A stretch of 64,000 nt of DNA. Source: Mobula hypostoma. Taxonomy: Eukaryota. The stretch is taken from positions 186,064,001-186,128,000 of the forward strand of contig NC_086097.1 in the NCBI RefSeq assembly GCF_963921235.1, in the 5' to 3' direction. This document shows, piece after piece, positions 48,880-61,424 of the stretch (its first letter is position 1; every line of letters starts with the position of its first letter). Position numbers and translations under genes: made by a program. The notes below the pieces were generated by a model, which was not told where the DNA came from, ran no database searches, and saw only the letters and a list, made by a program, of their open reading frames with translations.

Positions 48880-51680
48880 AAATTCAATGTTCAAAGTGAA
48901 TTTATTATCAAAGTACATGTATGTCACCATATACAATCCTGAGATTCATTTTCTTGCTGGCATTCAGACTAAATACAACAATAATAACAGAACCAATGGA
49001 AGACTGCACCAACAGGGTGCAGAAGAGAACAAAACTCTGTAAATACAATAGGAAGGAAAAAAAGGAATAATAATAATTAGAGTCAGAATTATATTAAGAC
49101 CAATCAGTTCTTACAGATAGACTAATCCATAATAACCATCTAGATATAATAATACAGGATAAACAAGCAAGAACAACTTATTTAATAGATATACCCATTC
49201 AAAACACAGATAACTTAGAAAAATCAGTAAGAGAAAAACACCAGAAATATGCTGAATTAGAAGAGGAAATTGAAAGACTTTGGAACATGAACAAGGTATA
49301 CATTGTCCCAGTGGTAATATCTACAACTGGTATAATCCAAAAGGCACTACACAATAGCATTAAACAATTAAGGCTACACAGTAATATCTATGTAAATCTT
49401 CAGATACTTAACACCACTAGACTAGTCTGAAAGGTCTTAGCAATTGACAAATGAGCATGCTTGGCTATGCCCATGCCTCAGGTTTTGCCAGACTGAGCTC
49501 AGAAAAAAATAATAATTATAAACAATAAATATTGAGAACATGAGATGAAGAGTCCTAGAAAATGAGTCCATAGTTTGTGGGAATAGTTCAGTAATAGGGA
49601 AAGTGAATTTGAGTGAAGTTATACCCTTTGGTTCAGGTCCCTGATGGCTGAGGGATAATAATTGTTTCTGAACCTGGTGGTGTGAGTCCTGAGGCTCCTG
49701 TACCTTCTTCTTGATGACAGCAGTGAGAAGAGAGCATGACCTTGATGGTGGGGGTTCCTGATGATGGATGCTGCTTTCCTGTGACAACATTCTGTGTAGA
49801 TGTACTCAATGGTGGAGAGGGCTTTACCAGTGATGGCCTGGGCTGTATCCATTACTTTTTGTAGGATTTTCCATTCAAGGGCATTGGTGTTTCCATACCA
49901 GGCTGCGATGCAGCCGGTTAATATACTTCCCTATAGAAGTCTGTCAAAGTTTTAGATGTCATGCCGAATCTCTACACACTTCTTTGGATGTAGAGGTGCT
50001 GCCATGCTTTCTTTGTAATTGTACTTACATGCTGGGCTCAGGACGGGTCCCTTGAAATGATAATACTGAGGAATTTAAAGTTGCTGTGCCTCCTCACCTC
50101 TGATCCCCCAATGAGGACTGGTTCAAGGACCTCTAGTTTAATAATCAGCTCCTTGGTCTTGCTGACATTGAGTGAGAGGTTGTTGTTATTGGATCACTCA
50201 GCTAGATTTTCAATCTCCCTGCTCTATGCTGATTCGTCACCACCCTTGATTCAGCTGATGACAGTGGTGTTGTAAGCAACTTAAATAAGGCTTTGAAGCT
50301 GTGATTAGCCACACAGCCATAACTGTAAAGTGAGAAGAGCAGGGGGCTAAGCACACAGCCTTGTGGTGCACCTGTGCAGATGGAGATTATTGAGGAGATG
50401 TTGCTGCCAAGCCGAAATGACTGGAGTCTGCTAGAGAGGAAATCGAGAAACAAATTGTACAACAAGGTATTGAGGCTTATTGAGGCTTAATTTTCAGGGG
50501 AAGATAGTATTGAATGCTGAGCTGTAGCTGATAAAGTGTATCCTGAAATATGCACCTTTTCTGTCCAGATATTTCAGGATCGAGTGAAGAGCCAATGCAA
50601 TGTCATCTGTCATGGATCTGGTGTGCTGGTGGGCAACCTGGCGCAGATCTTCTCAGAGAGGAGTTGATATGTTTCAAAGCAAACATAGAAAGCTTTGAGT
50701 GAATCTGGAAGTGGAGCCCTGTTGTCACCTACGTTGCTCAATTTCACTTTGTGACAGATGATATTGTTCAAACCATGCAACAGCTGTCAAGAATTCTTCA
50801 TTGATTCAAGCTGAGTCCAAAATTGTCACTTCATGAGAAGGCTTTCCAAAGTTCATATCTGGACGTCTTGTAACTTTCTTGGTCACCAGACTTGGTGAAT
50901 GCCTCTGAACTGGCCTCAGTTGATTGTGGATCTCATGGTTCATCCAGGGTTTCTGGCTGGGGAAATACTGAATGATTTTATGGGGGCACACACATCTACA
51001 ACTGTTTTTACAAAGTCCGTGACAACCGTGGTATATTCATTCAGATCTACAGATGAGTCCTTGAACACACCCAGTCCACCAACTTGAAACAATCCCGTAG
51101 CTACTCTCTGCCTCCAGTGACCACCTCTTTGTTTTCCTGATATCTGCAACCTTGCTGTTTAGCCTCTGCCTGCATGCAGTTCGGAGGACAGTCAAGTTAT
51201 CAGATTGCCGGAAGTGCGGTCTGGGCCAGGAACGTTCGGCATTCCTTATCTTAACATAGCAGTGGTTTATAGTGTTGGGACCTTTGGCGCTCCAGGTTAT
51301 ATGCTGATGCTAATTGGACAGGGACTCTTTAAACAAGTCTGATTAAAGTCACTGACTATGATTTGAAATGCATCAGGGTGGACCATTTCTTCTTTGGTAG
51401 CAGTATCTCAAGTGCTTGATTACAATTCCCCGATGGTGGTATGTAAACTGCAGCCAGGATCACAGAAGAGAACTCTCTTGGTAAATAGAATGGCCGGCCT
51501 TCAACCATTAGGTATTTAAGGTCAGGGGAACAACAGGACGATGAAAATGCCACATTGGAGCACCACAGAGAGTTTATCATGAAACAAACACCTCCACCTT
51601 TTGTCTTTTCCAAATTAGCAGTTTGGTCCATCCTGTGTATCATGAAGCCTTTGTGTCTGATTGCTCTATCTGGCATTGAA
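48880..51680 (-). mobile_element. Decayed Rex1/Babar-like LINE (APE endonuclease, RT and 3' UTR)
   Basis: KTKGGGVCFMINSLWC...CSPDLKYL...PFYLPREFSSVILAAVYIPP (51356-51676), TGAPQGCVLSPLLFSLY (50202-50465), HALFSLLSSRRRYRSLRTHTTRFRNNYYPSAIR (49619-49852). Confidence 0.88.
49078..49509 (+). mobile_element. R4/Dong-type non-LTR retrotransposon 3' fragment (restriction-like endonuclease domain)
   Basis: Hand-translated open frame 49098-49430, absent from the ORF track: DQSVLTDRLIHNNHLDIIIQDKQARTTYLIDIPIQNTDNLEKSVREKHQKYAELEEEIERLWNMNKVYIVPVVISTTG. It fits the PD...D...EK..KY pattern of these endonucleases. Flanked by (AAT)n on both sides. Confidence 0.85.
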
Positions 51681-52195
51681 TGTATTAGAGATTTCTATTT
51701 TATTTTATTATCTATTATTCTCTTTTTTAAAGTAATTTTTACTTTTTAAATATAGTTTGTAAGTTTTGAATGCTAGAGACATTCAGAAGTATTGATTTTG
51801 TCATCTCTAGCAGGAAGCTAACCCAGAGTTGTGCCTTGATCGTTGTTGTTGATTCTGCTGTTTTGTGGGTGGGCTTACTAAATGCAAAGTTCAGGTACAA
51901 AATAGGACCTGGTCACTGAGGTTGATGCTAGTTTTGACCAGTAAACCCTCAGTTAAGGAAAGCAAAAAGTATGTATCAGGGAATTGGTTTTGAGATTAGT
52001 GGTGAGTGCAGGCAATTTGGATATGACAACAAAATGGTAATTTTTCTACCCCTCCCTTCCACTTCATTTTGTTGGGATGAAGAATCCAACTCACCATAGG
52101 CAACATATAGGAGACAGAAAGGACCTGAATGTGTTGAGTATAATTACTCAAATTTTTGGATTCGTGATAAAGGTAATGGCATTATGCCAATGTGA

Positions 52196-53095
52196 CCATA
52201 AGACCATAAGACAAAGGAGCAGAAGTCAGCCATTTGGCCCATCGAGTCAGCTCCGCCATTTTATCATGAACTGATCCATTCTCCCATTTAGTCCCACTCC
52301 CCCGCCTTCTCACCATAACCTTTGATGCCTTGGCTACTCAGATACCTATCAATCTCTGCCTTAAATACACCCAATGACTTGGCCTCCACTGCCGCCTGTG
52401 GCAACAAAGTCCACAGATTCACCACCCTCTGACTAAAAAAATTTCTTCGTATCTCTGTTCTGAATGGGCACCCTTCAATCCTTAAGTCATGCCCTCTCGT
52501 ACTAGACTCCCCCATCATGGGAAACAACTTTGCCACATCCACTCTGTCCATGCCTTTCAACATTTGAAATGTTTCTATGAGGTCCCCCCTCATTCTTCTA
52601 AACTCCAAGGAGTGCAGTCCAAGAGCGGTCAAACGTTCCTTATATGTTAGCCCTCTCATTCCTGGAATCATTCTAGTGAATCTTCTCTGTACTCTTTCCA
52701 ACGTCAGCACATCCTTTTTAAATAAGGAGCCCAAAACTGCCTACAGTACTCCAAGTGAAGTCTCACCAGCGCCTTATAGAGCCTCAACATCACATCCCTG
52801 CTCCTATACTCCATTCCTCTAGAAATGAATGCCAACATTGCATTCGCCTTCTTCACCACCGACTCAACCTGGAGGTTAACCTTAAAGACTTCCAAGTCCC
52901 GTTGCATCTCAGAACTTTGAATTCTCTCCACATTTAAATAATAGTCTGCCCATTTATTTCTTCTGCCAAAGTGCATAACCATACACTTTCCAACATCGTG
53001 TTTCATTTGCCACTTCTTTGCCCGTTCTCCCAATCTATCCAAGTCTCTCTGCAGACTCTCTGTTTCCTCAGCACTACTGGCCCCTTCACCTATCT
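52196..53095 (-). mobile_element. Young CR1 3' fragment
   Basis: ORFs 52288-52734 and 52704-53174. (CCATAAGA)n tail at 52196. Possible TSD TGTGA at 52191-52195 and 53104-53108. Confidence 0.92.
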
Positions 53096-55302
53096 TTCTG
53101 TCTTGTGAGATGCCAGGTTTATATAAAAATCTATGCAACCATTGTCTGTTAATGCAGCACCACACTTTTAACAAACTGAAACATGTATTAAAATTATTAC
53201 CTGTAGAAAATTCATAAGCAAGTCCAAAGTATTGTAAATTAAAATGAACCAGAGCTTGAGTTCTTCATTAGAGCTTTGCAGCAGAATGTTCCAAACAATG
53301 TTGCTGAAATCTAAATGCCTCCCAAAACTCATGAAAGGACAACAATATGTTTTTAAACCAGAATTTGGTGGATTAAAACACCTACTCCTTTAATTGATGC
53401 TAGTTCTGTGTATCTATTGGGTTTTGTCAGATTTATCTTCTTCATCAGAAATTTTATACGAACGTTTTATGTTTATTCACTCAAGTTGAAGGTTACAACA
53501 TTGGGAACATCGAGAACAGTTGTTTGTTACTTAACAGATGATCACATTTCATCTTTTGGTCAGAAGAGCACAATCAGCACAATCATTATTGCTGAAACCC
53601 AATGCTGAATGCCGCTGTATTGTTTAAAGATTAAAAGCCAAAACAACGTTTTCATGCCATGAAATCATTAACACACAGAATAATTCATAAACTGTGTGAC
53701 AAATGAAATTCAAAACCTAGTCCTGCTTTGAAAATAAACTACAATACTGACATAGCTGAAATGGAAAATCATTAGCAAGATACTAACTCTTTCATTGAAA
53801 GGCATCCATTCATTTAAAGGGAAACTAATCCAGTAATTACAGATAAAAATCATTATTGATCAAGGCATTTGTGAGATAATTAAATGACATTAAGAACTGA
53901 GCAAGAGATCAAGAAAATTTAAGAACGAAGTGCTTCACTTTGTATGATCTTTCATTGTTAACTACGTCACTGGTCTGAGCTTCACCTGCTTTTGAAATAG
54001 CAACAGCAATACATGAGCCATGCTCATCCATTTTACACCATGTTCCAAGTTCTTTATATGCTTCAGGGTCGAAGTCAAAGCTACAGTAGATATACAAATA
54101 GACATTAATGCTGGAAAATACTTGCATATATTGTACTATGATAATTTATTGATTTTAATTTGTCAATGTAATGACATTTTTAACTGATTAACATTATATC
54201 CAGAGTACAAATTAATCAAATTAATTATTTAGACTAATTGAAAGTGTTTAATTACTTTATGCATGGTTCACTGATGCCAGCCGTAGAAGAGATAGGGATC
54301 TGATGAGGTTACTGCTTTCTGCCTAGACCAAATATTAATATTTATGTGTTAATTTAGTTAAAGTAACCCATACAGGATTTAGGTCATGCTTCTGTGAAAG
54401 TTGTGATATAAATCAGAATTAAGACATGCCACTCAAACATAAGAGTCTTAAGAACATCTGTCAGTTGACAGAGCAATTATTCTAAAAAGCTGAAAAGATA
54501 TATTAGAGGACAGATAATTCTATTTGCTGAGATTAGGGCTCTTATACTTCGATGTTTCGATTGAGTTTTAAATGTAAATGAGGCTGGATTTTTGATAGGG
54601 GAATATTGTGTTCTTGAATTCCCCCAATAATAACCACAGAAGGTGAGATGAAATCCTAATGAAATTGTTTAACACTCCCAAGCCACCTTCTTCTGTTAAG
54701 AGTGAAATTAGGTGTAGGGTTTAGAAGTCAGTATATAGTCTTGTACTTCAAAGAGCCATCCATCAATACCTGTCTTCTTTCAGAGAATGTAGATACCAGG
54801 AACACTGAATTCCTGGACATGAGCCATTGAATGGACAATGATACTTCTTCTGGTGAGAAGGTACCCAAGAAATGAACTATTATTTGCAGCATTCAGCATA
54901 AGTGCTATCTATTGTATTACATTTGTACCAAGAACTCAAGGGAATTCCATTTTATAGGAAAGTTGTGATTAGATTAGATTAGATATTTATAAACTTTGCT
55001 GCTGCAGCCTGATTCAGAGGTAATTTCTTTCTAGAAATGACTGTTCCTAAATTATCTGCTCCAAATAAAGATAAGGAATTAAAGTCATCAGTTTTAATAA
55101 TTAAGGTTCTCCACTCTAACATTGCCTCCTTAGAGATTAGCACCCACTATATCTTCCCACGCTTGTATCATCATTGCCTTCCCCAACTTCTCCATTTTGG
55201 AAATCTGATGTTGCTTTCACTGGCAAAGTAATGAAGGTATTTGCAATTGCGATCATTGCCACCTTAGTAATACATTATACAGTATACACTGTGGGTTACT
55301 TA

Positions 55303-55869
55303 CACTCAGTGGCCACTTTATTAGGTACACCTGTACACCCACTTGTTAATGCAAAAATCTAATCAGGCAGTCATGTGGCAGCAACTCTATGCCTAAAAGC
55401 ATGCAGACAAAGCCAAAAGGTTCAATCATGTTCAGTCCAAGCTTTAGAATGGGTAAGAAAAGGGATCTATGTGACGTTGACTGTGGGGTGATTGTTGATG
55501 CTAGATGGGGTGGTTTGAGTATCTCTGAAATTGCTGATCCCCTGAGATTTTCATGCACAACAGTATCTAGAATTTACAGCGAACAGTGTGGGAGTAAAAA
55601 GAATCCAGTGAATGGCAGTTCTGTGGGCAAAAATGCCTTGTTAATAAGAGAGGTCAGAGAAAGATAGCTATAATGTTTCCGGTTGACAGGAAGGCAAGAG
55701 TAACTCAAATAACCAGGTGTTACCACAGTGGTGTGCAGGAGAGCATCTCTGAATGCTCAACATGTTGAACTTTGAAGTGGATAGGCTACCACAGCAGACG
55801 ACCACAAACATACACTCAGTGGCCACTTTATTAGGTACACGAGGTACCCAATAACGTGACCACTGAGTG
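55303..55869 (+). mobile_element. Non-autonomous Tc1-like DNA transposon with a transposase N-terminal remnant and three TIR copies
   Basis: TA-CACTCAGTGGCCACTTTATTAGGTAC at 55301 and again at 55811, plus an inverted copy ending 55869 followed by TA. Peptide MGKKRDLCDVDCGVIVDARWGGLSISEIADPLRFSCTTVSRIY resembles a Tc1 helix-turn-helix. Confidence 0.88.
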
Positions 55870-56867
55870 TATATCAGGCAAGGGTGCCACCAGCTTTGGC
55901 TTGACTTGGATATATTGCATTTAATCTTTATTAAAATGGCTGATGCAAGCTAACGTGCATCTCATTAAGTAACCAATAGCACAATTCTTTATAAAAAAGA
56001 AAAATGATGAAAGTAGGTCATCCCAATATGTTCCAGCAGAATGATCTGTTTTCCTGGAATTTCTTGGCACCTCTAAGCCCCTCATGATTATTGCTTTTCA
56101 ATTCTCCTCTCTTTGCACTCTGAACACCAGACAGAAAACATAAATTAATGGAATAAAGTATGAAAAATATAGTTCTTTCTGGCCACATAAAAATTCATGG
56201 CATACATTGCAGCCATGAAAATATTAAAGAACAATCCTTGAGATCCAGTAAGCTGTTTAATGAACTTCGGACTTTTTGGCACAGTGGAAAAATATTGTAA
56301 AGTTATGTTGCAATGAAAAGATTTTCTGGATGGAAGAAATACAATTTTTTTTTGAAGACAAAGAAACACTTAATAATCAAGGGTTGAAAGGTTACCAGGG
56401 ATAAGAAGAATACAAAATGGAGATTTTATGATAGACTATTGACCAAAATGTTAAATATGTTTTTCTTTCTGCAGATGCTACTTGACCTCTTCAGAGCTTT
56501 CAGTATATTTTCCATTTTAATTCCAATTCTTATCTTATTAAGGCCATTCAACTGGGAGTACCTACAGAGAAACTCACACATTTTAACAGGTTCTTGAGTC
56601 ATAGTCTAATATAGCACAGAAACAGGCCCTTTGGCCCAACTGGTTCATGCCAACCACAGTATCCTTGTAGCCCTAGTTGCCTGTACTTGGCCCATAACCG
56701 TCCATGACCCTTTTTGACTGATTAGAAGCAGAGTTGATGTTTCCTGTGGCAGTGATATTTTCAACCAGGATTAGTCTCTGGGTTGGCCATTTGGAGGACA
56801 GATGAGAAGGAATGTATTCACATGGAGGCTGGCAAATATTTGGAATTCTCTACCAATGAAGGTGGTG

Positions 56868-58825
56868 CAATTGAATTGAATTGAATTGACTTTATTTCTT
56901 ACATCCTTCACATACACGAGGAGTAAAAATCTTCACGTTATGTCTCTGTCTGAATGTGCAATGTGCAGTTTATAGTAATTTGTAACAAAGAGTATGTTAA
57001 ATACGACAGTCAATAGAGCATAGAAATACAATTTTATCAGCGTGTATTAATCAGTCTGATGGACTGGTGAAAGAAGCTGTCCCGGGGCCTGTTGGTCCTG
57101 GCTTTTATGCTGTGGTGCCATTTCCTGGATTGGAGCAGCTGGAACAGTTTGTGGTTGGGGTGACTCAGGTCCCCAATGATCCTTCGGGCCACCTTTTACG
57201 CACCTGCCTCTGTAGATGTCCTGAATAGTGGGAAGTTCACATCTACAGATGCGCTGGGCTGTCCACACCACAATCTGCAGAGTCCTACAATTGGGGGACA
57301 TATAGTTCCCATACCAGGCAGTGATGCAGCCAGTCAGGATGCTCTCAATTGTGCCCCTGTAAAAAGTCCTTATGATTTGGGGACTCACGCCAAACTTCTT
57401 CAACTGTTTGAGGTGAAAGAGGTGCTGTTGTGCTTTTTTCACCACACAGCTGGTATGTATAGACCAAGTGAGACCCTCGGTGATGTGTATGCCGAGGAAC
57501 TTAAAGCTGTTCATCCTCTCAACCCCAAATCCATTGATGTCAATAGGGGTTAGTTTGTCTCCATTCCTCTTGTAGTCCACAATCATCTTCTTTGTTTTTG
57601 TGACATTGAGGGAGAGGTTGTTTTCTTGACACCACTGTGTCAGGGTGATGACTTCTTCTCTGTAGGCTGTCTCGTTATTATTTGAGATAAGGCTAATCAA
57701 TGAGCGTGGCCAAGTGGTTAGGGCGTTGGGCTCACGATCTGAAGGTCGTGAGTTCGAGTCTCGGCCAAGGCAGCGTGTTGTGCCTTTGAGCAAGGCACTT
57801 AACCACACGCTGCTCCAGTCCACCCAGCTGAAAATGGGTACCGGCAAATGCTGGGGGTTAACCTCGCGATAGACTGGCGTCCTATCCAGGGGGGAGTCTC
57901 GTACTCTCAGTTGCTTCACGCCACAGAAACCGGCATAAGCACTGGCCTGATGGGCCACAAGGCTCAGGACAGACTTTGACTTTAATCAATGTAGAATCAT
58001 CAGCAAATTTAATTAGCAGATTGGAGCTGTGGGTGACAACATAGTCATGGATATACAGAGAGTAAAGGAGGATGCTTGGGACTCAACCCTGAGGGGCACC
58101 TGTGTTGAGGATCAGGGGGCAGAGGTGAGGGTGTCTACTCTTACTACCTGCTAGCAATCTGGCAGGAAGTCCAGGATCCAGCTACGTAAGGCAGGGTGAA
58201 GGCCAAGGCCTCTGATCTTCTTGTTAAACCTGGAGGGAATTATGGTGTTAAATGCTGAAGTGTAGTCCAAGAACAGCATTCTCACATAAGCATCCTTCTT
58301 GGCCAGATGTGTAAGGATGGCGTGCAGAACTGAAGCATTGTGTCATCTGTGGATTGGTTGTGTTGGTAGGTGAATTGTAGGGGGTCCAGTGTGGGTGGCA
58401 GCATGCTGCAGATGTAGTCCTTGACCAGCCTCTCAAAGCATTTGCTTATTATTGAGGTGAGTGCGACAGGATGCCAGTCATTCAGACATGTTACCTTGGT
58501 TTTTTTAGGTACAGGAACAATGGTGGATGTTTTGAAGCAGGAGGGCATCTACAATGTGAGAAGGAGAGATTAAAAATGTCTGTAAACACACCCGCCAGTT
58601 GTGTCATGCACACTCTGAGTACTCGCCCTGGGATGCCGTCCGGTCCCGCAGCCTTACGACTAGCCACTTGTTAGAAACACCTGCGTACTTCAGCCTCAGA
58701 GATGACTAAGACTCAGGTTGCTTTAGTGGCTCTCTTGGGGGCTCAGTGTTGGTGACATCAAACAGAGCATAAAAAAAGATTTAGCTCATCTGGGAGAAAG
58801 GCGGCAATGTTTAGGCACAGAGAAT
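56868..58825 (-). mobile_element. Rex1/Babar-like LINE, 5'-truncated
   Basis: [39 protein letters not shown]...LDPLQF and FKFLGIHIT...KKAQQHLFHLKQLKKFG. Tail AATAAAGT(CAATT)n on the minus strand. Confidence 0.9.
57703..57982 (+). mobile_element. Young tRNA-derived SINE with a CORE-like central domain and a (GACTTT)2 tail
   Basis: A box GTGGCCAAGTGG (57706-57717), B box GTTCGAGTC (57752-57760), CORE-like TTGAGCAAGGCACTTAAC...CTGAAAATGGG. TSD TAATCAATG at 57694-57702 and 57983-57991. Many intact CpGs. Confidence 0.9.
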
Positions 58826-59849
58826 ACTGTAAGACTGTAAGACATACGAGCAGAATTAGGCCTTTGGCTCATTAAGTCTGCCCGCCATTCCATCATGGAT
58901 GATTGATTATCTCTCTTTATTATTCTCATTGAGAACATTCATCAATGAGAACTAAGGGATGTAGAGATAGTACAATGAAATGATGCTGAGATGAAAGATC
59001 AGCCAAGATCTCATTGAACAGCACCGCAGGCATATGGGGCTGAATAACCTTTTCCTGCTTCTGTCACTAATATTTTTATGCAAAACTTAAGTAATTGATG
59101 GTGCATTAAGGTCCTTCAAGGAAGAATTGATGAATTTGCCGGCTACATTTTGTGGAACCTGTGATGGCAATCAAAGGCATGAATTAAAGATCAAGTATGC
59201 TTAACCTGACTTGGACTTGGTGTCTAGTCCAGATAAATGAGTGCTGTGTCTAATGTGGCTGAATGAGAGTATGTTGAAGATTGCATTGCATTAAGCATCC
59301 AAGAGAGAAAGTAACTTCAACAAACATCATTCCACCACAATTTTCTAGCCTAATTAGAGATGTGCAAAAGAGGAACTTGTAGGACCTTGAGGAAGGAATT
59401 CCAGGGGATGGTGCCTGAGTGGAGGTACAACTTAAAATGGTGACAGAAAGTTAACTTTATTTTTCTTTCCATAGATGCTTCCTGACCTGCTGAATGAAGC
59501 CACTATTCTTTGTTCTTTTTTTCAGTTATCTAGCAGTGCACCAAGTTGATTTCTCATTTATAAAGAAAGGAGATGGTCTTTGTAAAAGTTCACTTCAAGG
59601 ATATGTATTCTAAGACAGCCCTTGTGATCATAATGTCAATGTGAATATTAACTTGTGGTTAAGGAACCTGTTGTCAGGGTTTCATGAGGTTGAGAAAGGT
59701 GTGAAAGACAGATCTTAGGAGGATTTTAAGAGAAACTTTGGAGAGTAGCATAATGGGAATTGCTAAAATATGGTTGAATGGAGAGAACTGCATTGAAAAT
59801 TTTTCCATTGTGTGGAAGAATGGAGAAGTGTAATATTGTTTTCCCTAAT

Positions 59850-61423
59850 ATCGGCCTCTCGCAGCTAGCTGTTGAGGCCATACACCTAGGGGTTGACTAT
59901 GCTGGTATGGCAGCTGATCAAGCTGGCCCAGAGGTCCAGGCTTAAGGAACAGCAGTCACATGCCTGCGGTTGGCTGACATTAAGTTCAGGGAAGCTAGGG
60001 TTTCACTCCTATGCGATGTCTCAACCGGTCGCCCTCCCCCCATAGTGCCTGCAAACTGGAGGCGGACTGTTTTTGACTCAATACATGTCCCCACATCCTG
60101 GCTGGAAGGCCCCACAGAGACAGATTGCACTAAAGGTGTGTGGCACGGCCCTAGAAAGGATGTGTGTGATTGGACTGCAGCCAGTATGGAGTGCGAGAGG
60201 GCAAAAGTTAACCATCACGTTCAGCTGCCATTGGCAATTTCTGAGGTCCCTGAGTGACAGTTTTACCATGTCAATGTGGACCTTGTTGGTTCTCTTCCAC
60301 CCAAGCCCCCCCCCCACCCCCCACGGTTTGATGCACCTCCTTACCATGTGGACATATCACCAGCTGGCCAGAGGTCATCCTTCTAGCATTGATGATAGCT
60401 GCAGATATGCCACGAGCATTCATCAGCTTCTAGGTTGCTTGGTTTGGCAACCCATCTGATATTTCCTCTGACCGCGGTCCAGAGTTCATATCAGACCTCT
60501 GTACTGCGAGGGCCCAGAACTTTGGCGTTAGGCTACATCACACCACGGTACATCACCTGCAGTACGATGGCATATGTGACTGGTTTCAGCACTCCTTAAA
60601 AACTGCTCTGAGGGCTTTGTGATGGGTAAGTGTTGGCACAATCATCGTCCGTGGGTCCTTCTGGGGCTCAGAACAGCTCCAAAGAGGACCTGCAGCCATC
60701 TTTAGCTGCGTTGGTATACAGGCAGCCATTACAAATGCCAGATGATTTTATTCATGATGCCATGACTGCCTGTTCAGCTTCTCAACAAGATTCCAACCTC
60801 CTCAGTAAATTCAATTCCTTTGCACCTATTCCTACTTCCCATCGTGACATATAGCACTCTTGGGTGCCTGTTGACCTACATTCTGCCTTGTTTGTTTTCA
60901 TCTACCATGAAGCATGCCAACATCCCCTTAGGCCCTCTTATAATGGCCCGTTCTGCATTTTGGAATGGAGAGAAAAGACTTTTATCGTCGTTAAGAGGGG
61001 TATACCTGAATGTGTTTTGGTAGATCGCCTTAAACTGGCCCACCAAGATTTGCAGGATTTGGCTACCATGTCCCTGCTATCACAACATGACCATGAGTGT
61101 GTCAACACACCTCTGGATGAGCTGTTCCTCCACCCATGGAACACAGGATCTGAGCCAGGCTCCAGACAGGCCCACAATGACGGTTCTAGTGAACTCTGGG
61201 GTACCTGTGTAGGGTAATGCAATTGGTGGTTATGTACATAATTCACAACCACCAACATTGAGTTGGGGTTCACTTTAAGAGGCTGGTCTGACGTGATGAT
61301 GTAATCACGCAAAGGTTTTTAGCACGCTTTGTGTTCAGGTTTTGGAGTGCAAGAAAATGTGTTACAGTTTTTTTCTGAAACATAAAATGCCTCACTTTCT
61401 TAATGTAGTTCCAAAACCACACA
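59850..61423 (+). mobile_element. Gypsy integrase remnant with a probable 3' LTR (about 61208-61423)
   Basis: SLLCDVSTGRPPPIVPANWRRTVFDSIH...ECERAKVNHH (59970-60257), hand-read HVNVDLVG and ISSDRGPEF, and PLRPSYNGPFCIL...VLVDRLKLAH (60864-61217). A G-rich tract precedes TGTAGGG. Confidence 0.8.
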
Positions 61424-61424
61424 C

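Noticed and set aside
53200..54127. Two minus-strand exon-like segments (FDFDPEAYKELGTW... and NIVWNILLQSS...)
   Set aside because: The splice phases of the open frames do not join, and I recognise no protein family. Compatible with chance.
54784..54860. Plus-strand coding exon after a good acceptor (TCTTCTTTCAG)
   Set aside because: Stop codons occur in all three frames, so it could only be non-coding or terminal. No further support.
57703..57770. Functional tRNA gene
   Set aside because: A and B boxes are present, but the acceptor stem is not formed and the sequence continues into a SINE body bounded by a TSD.
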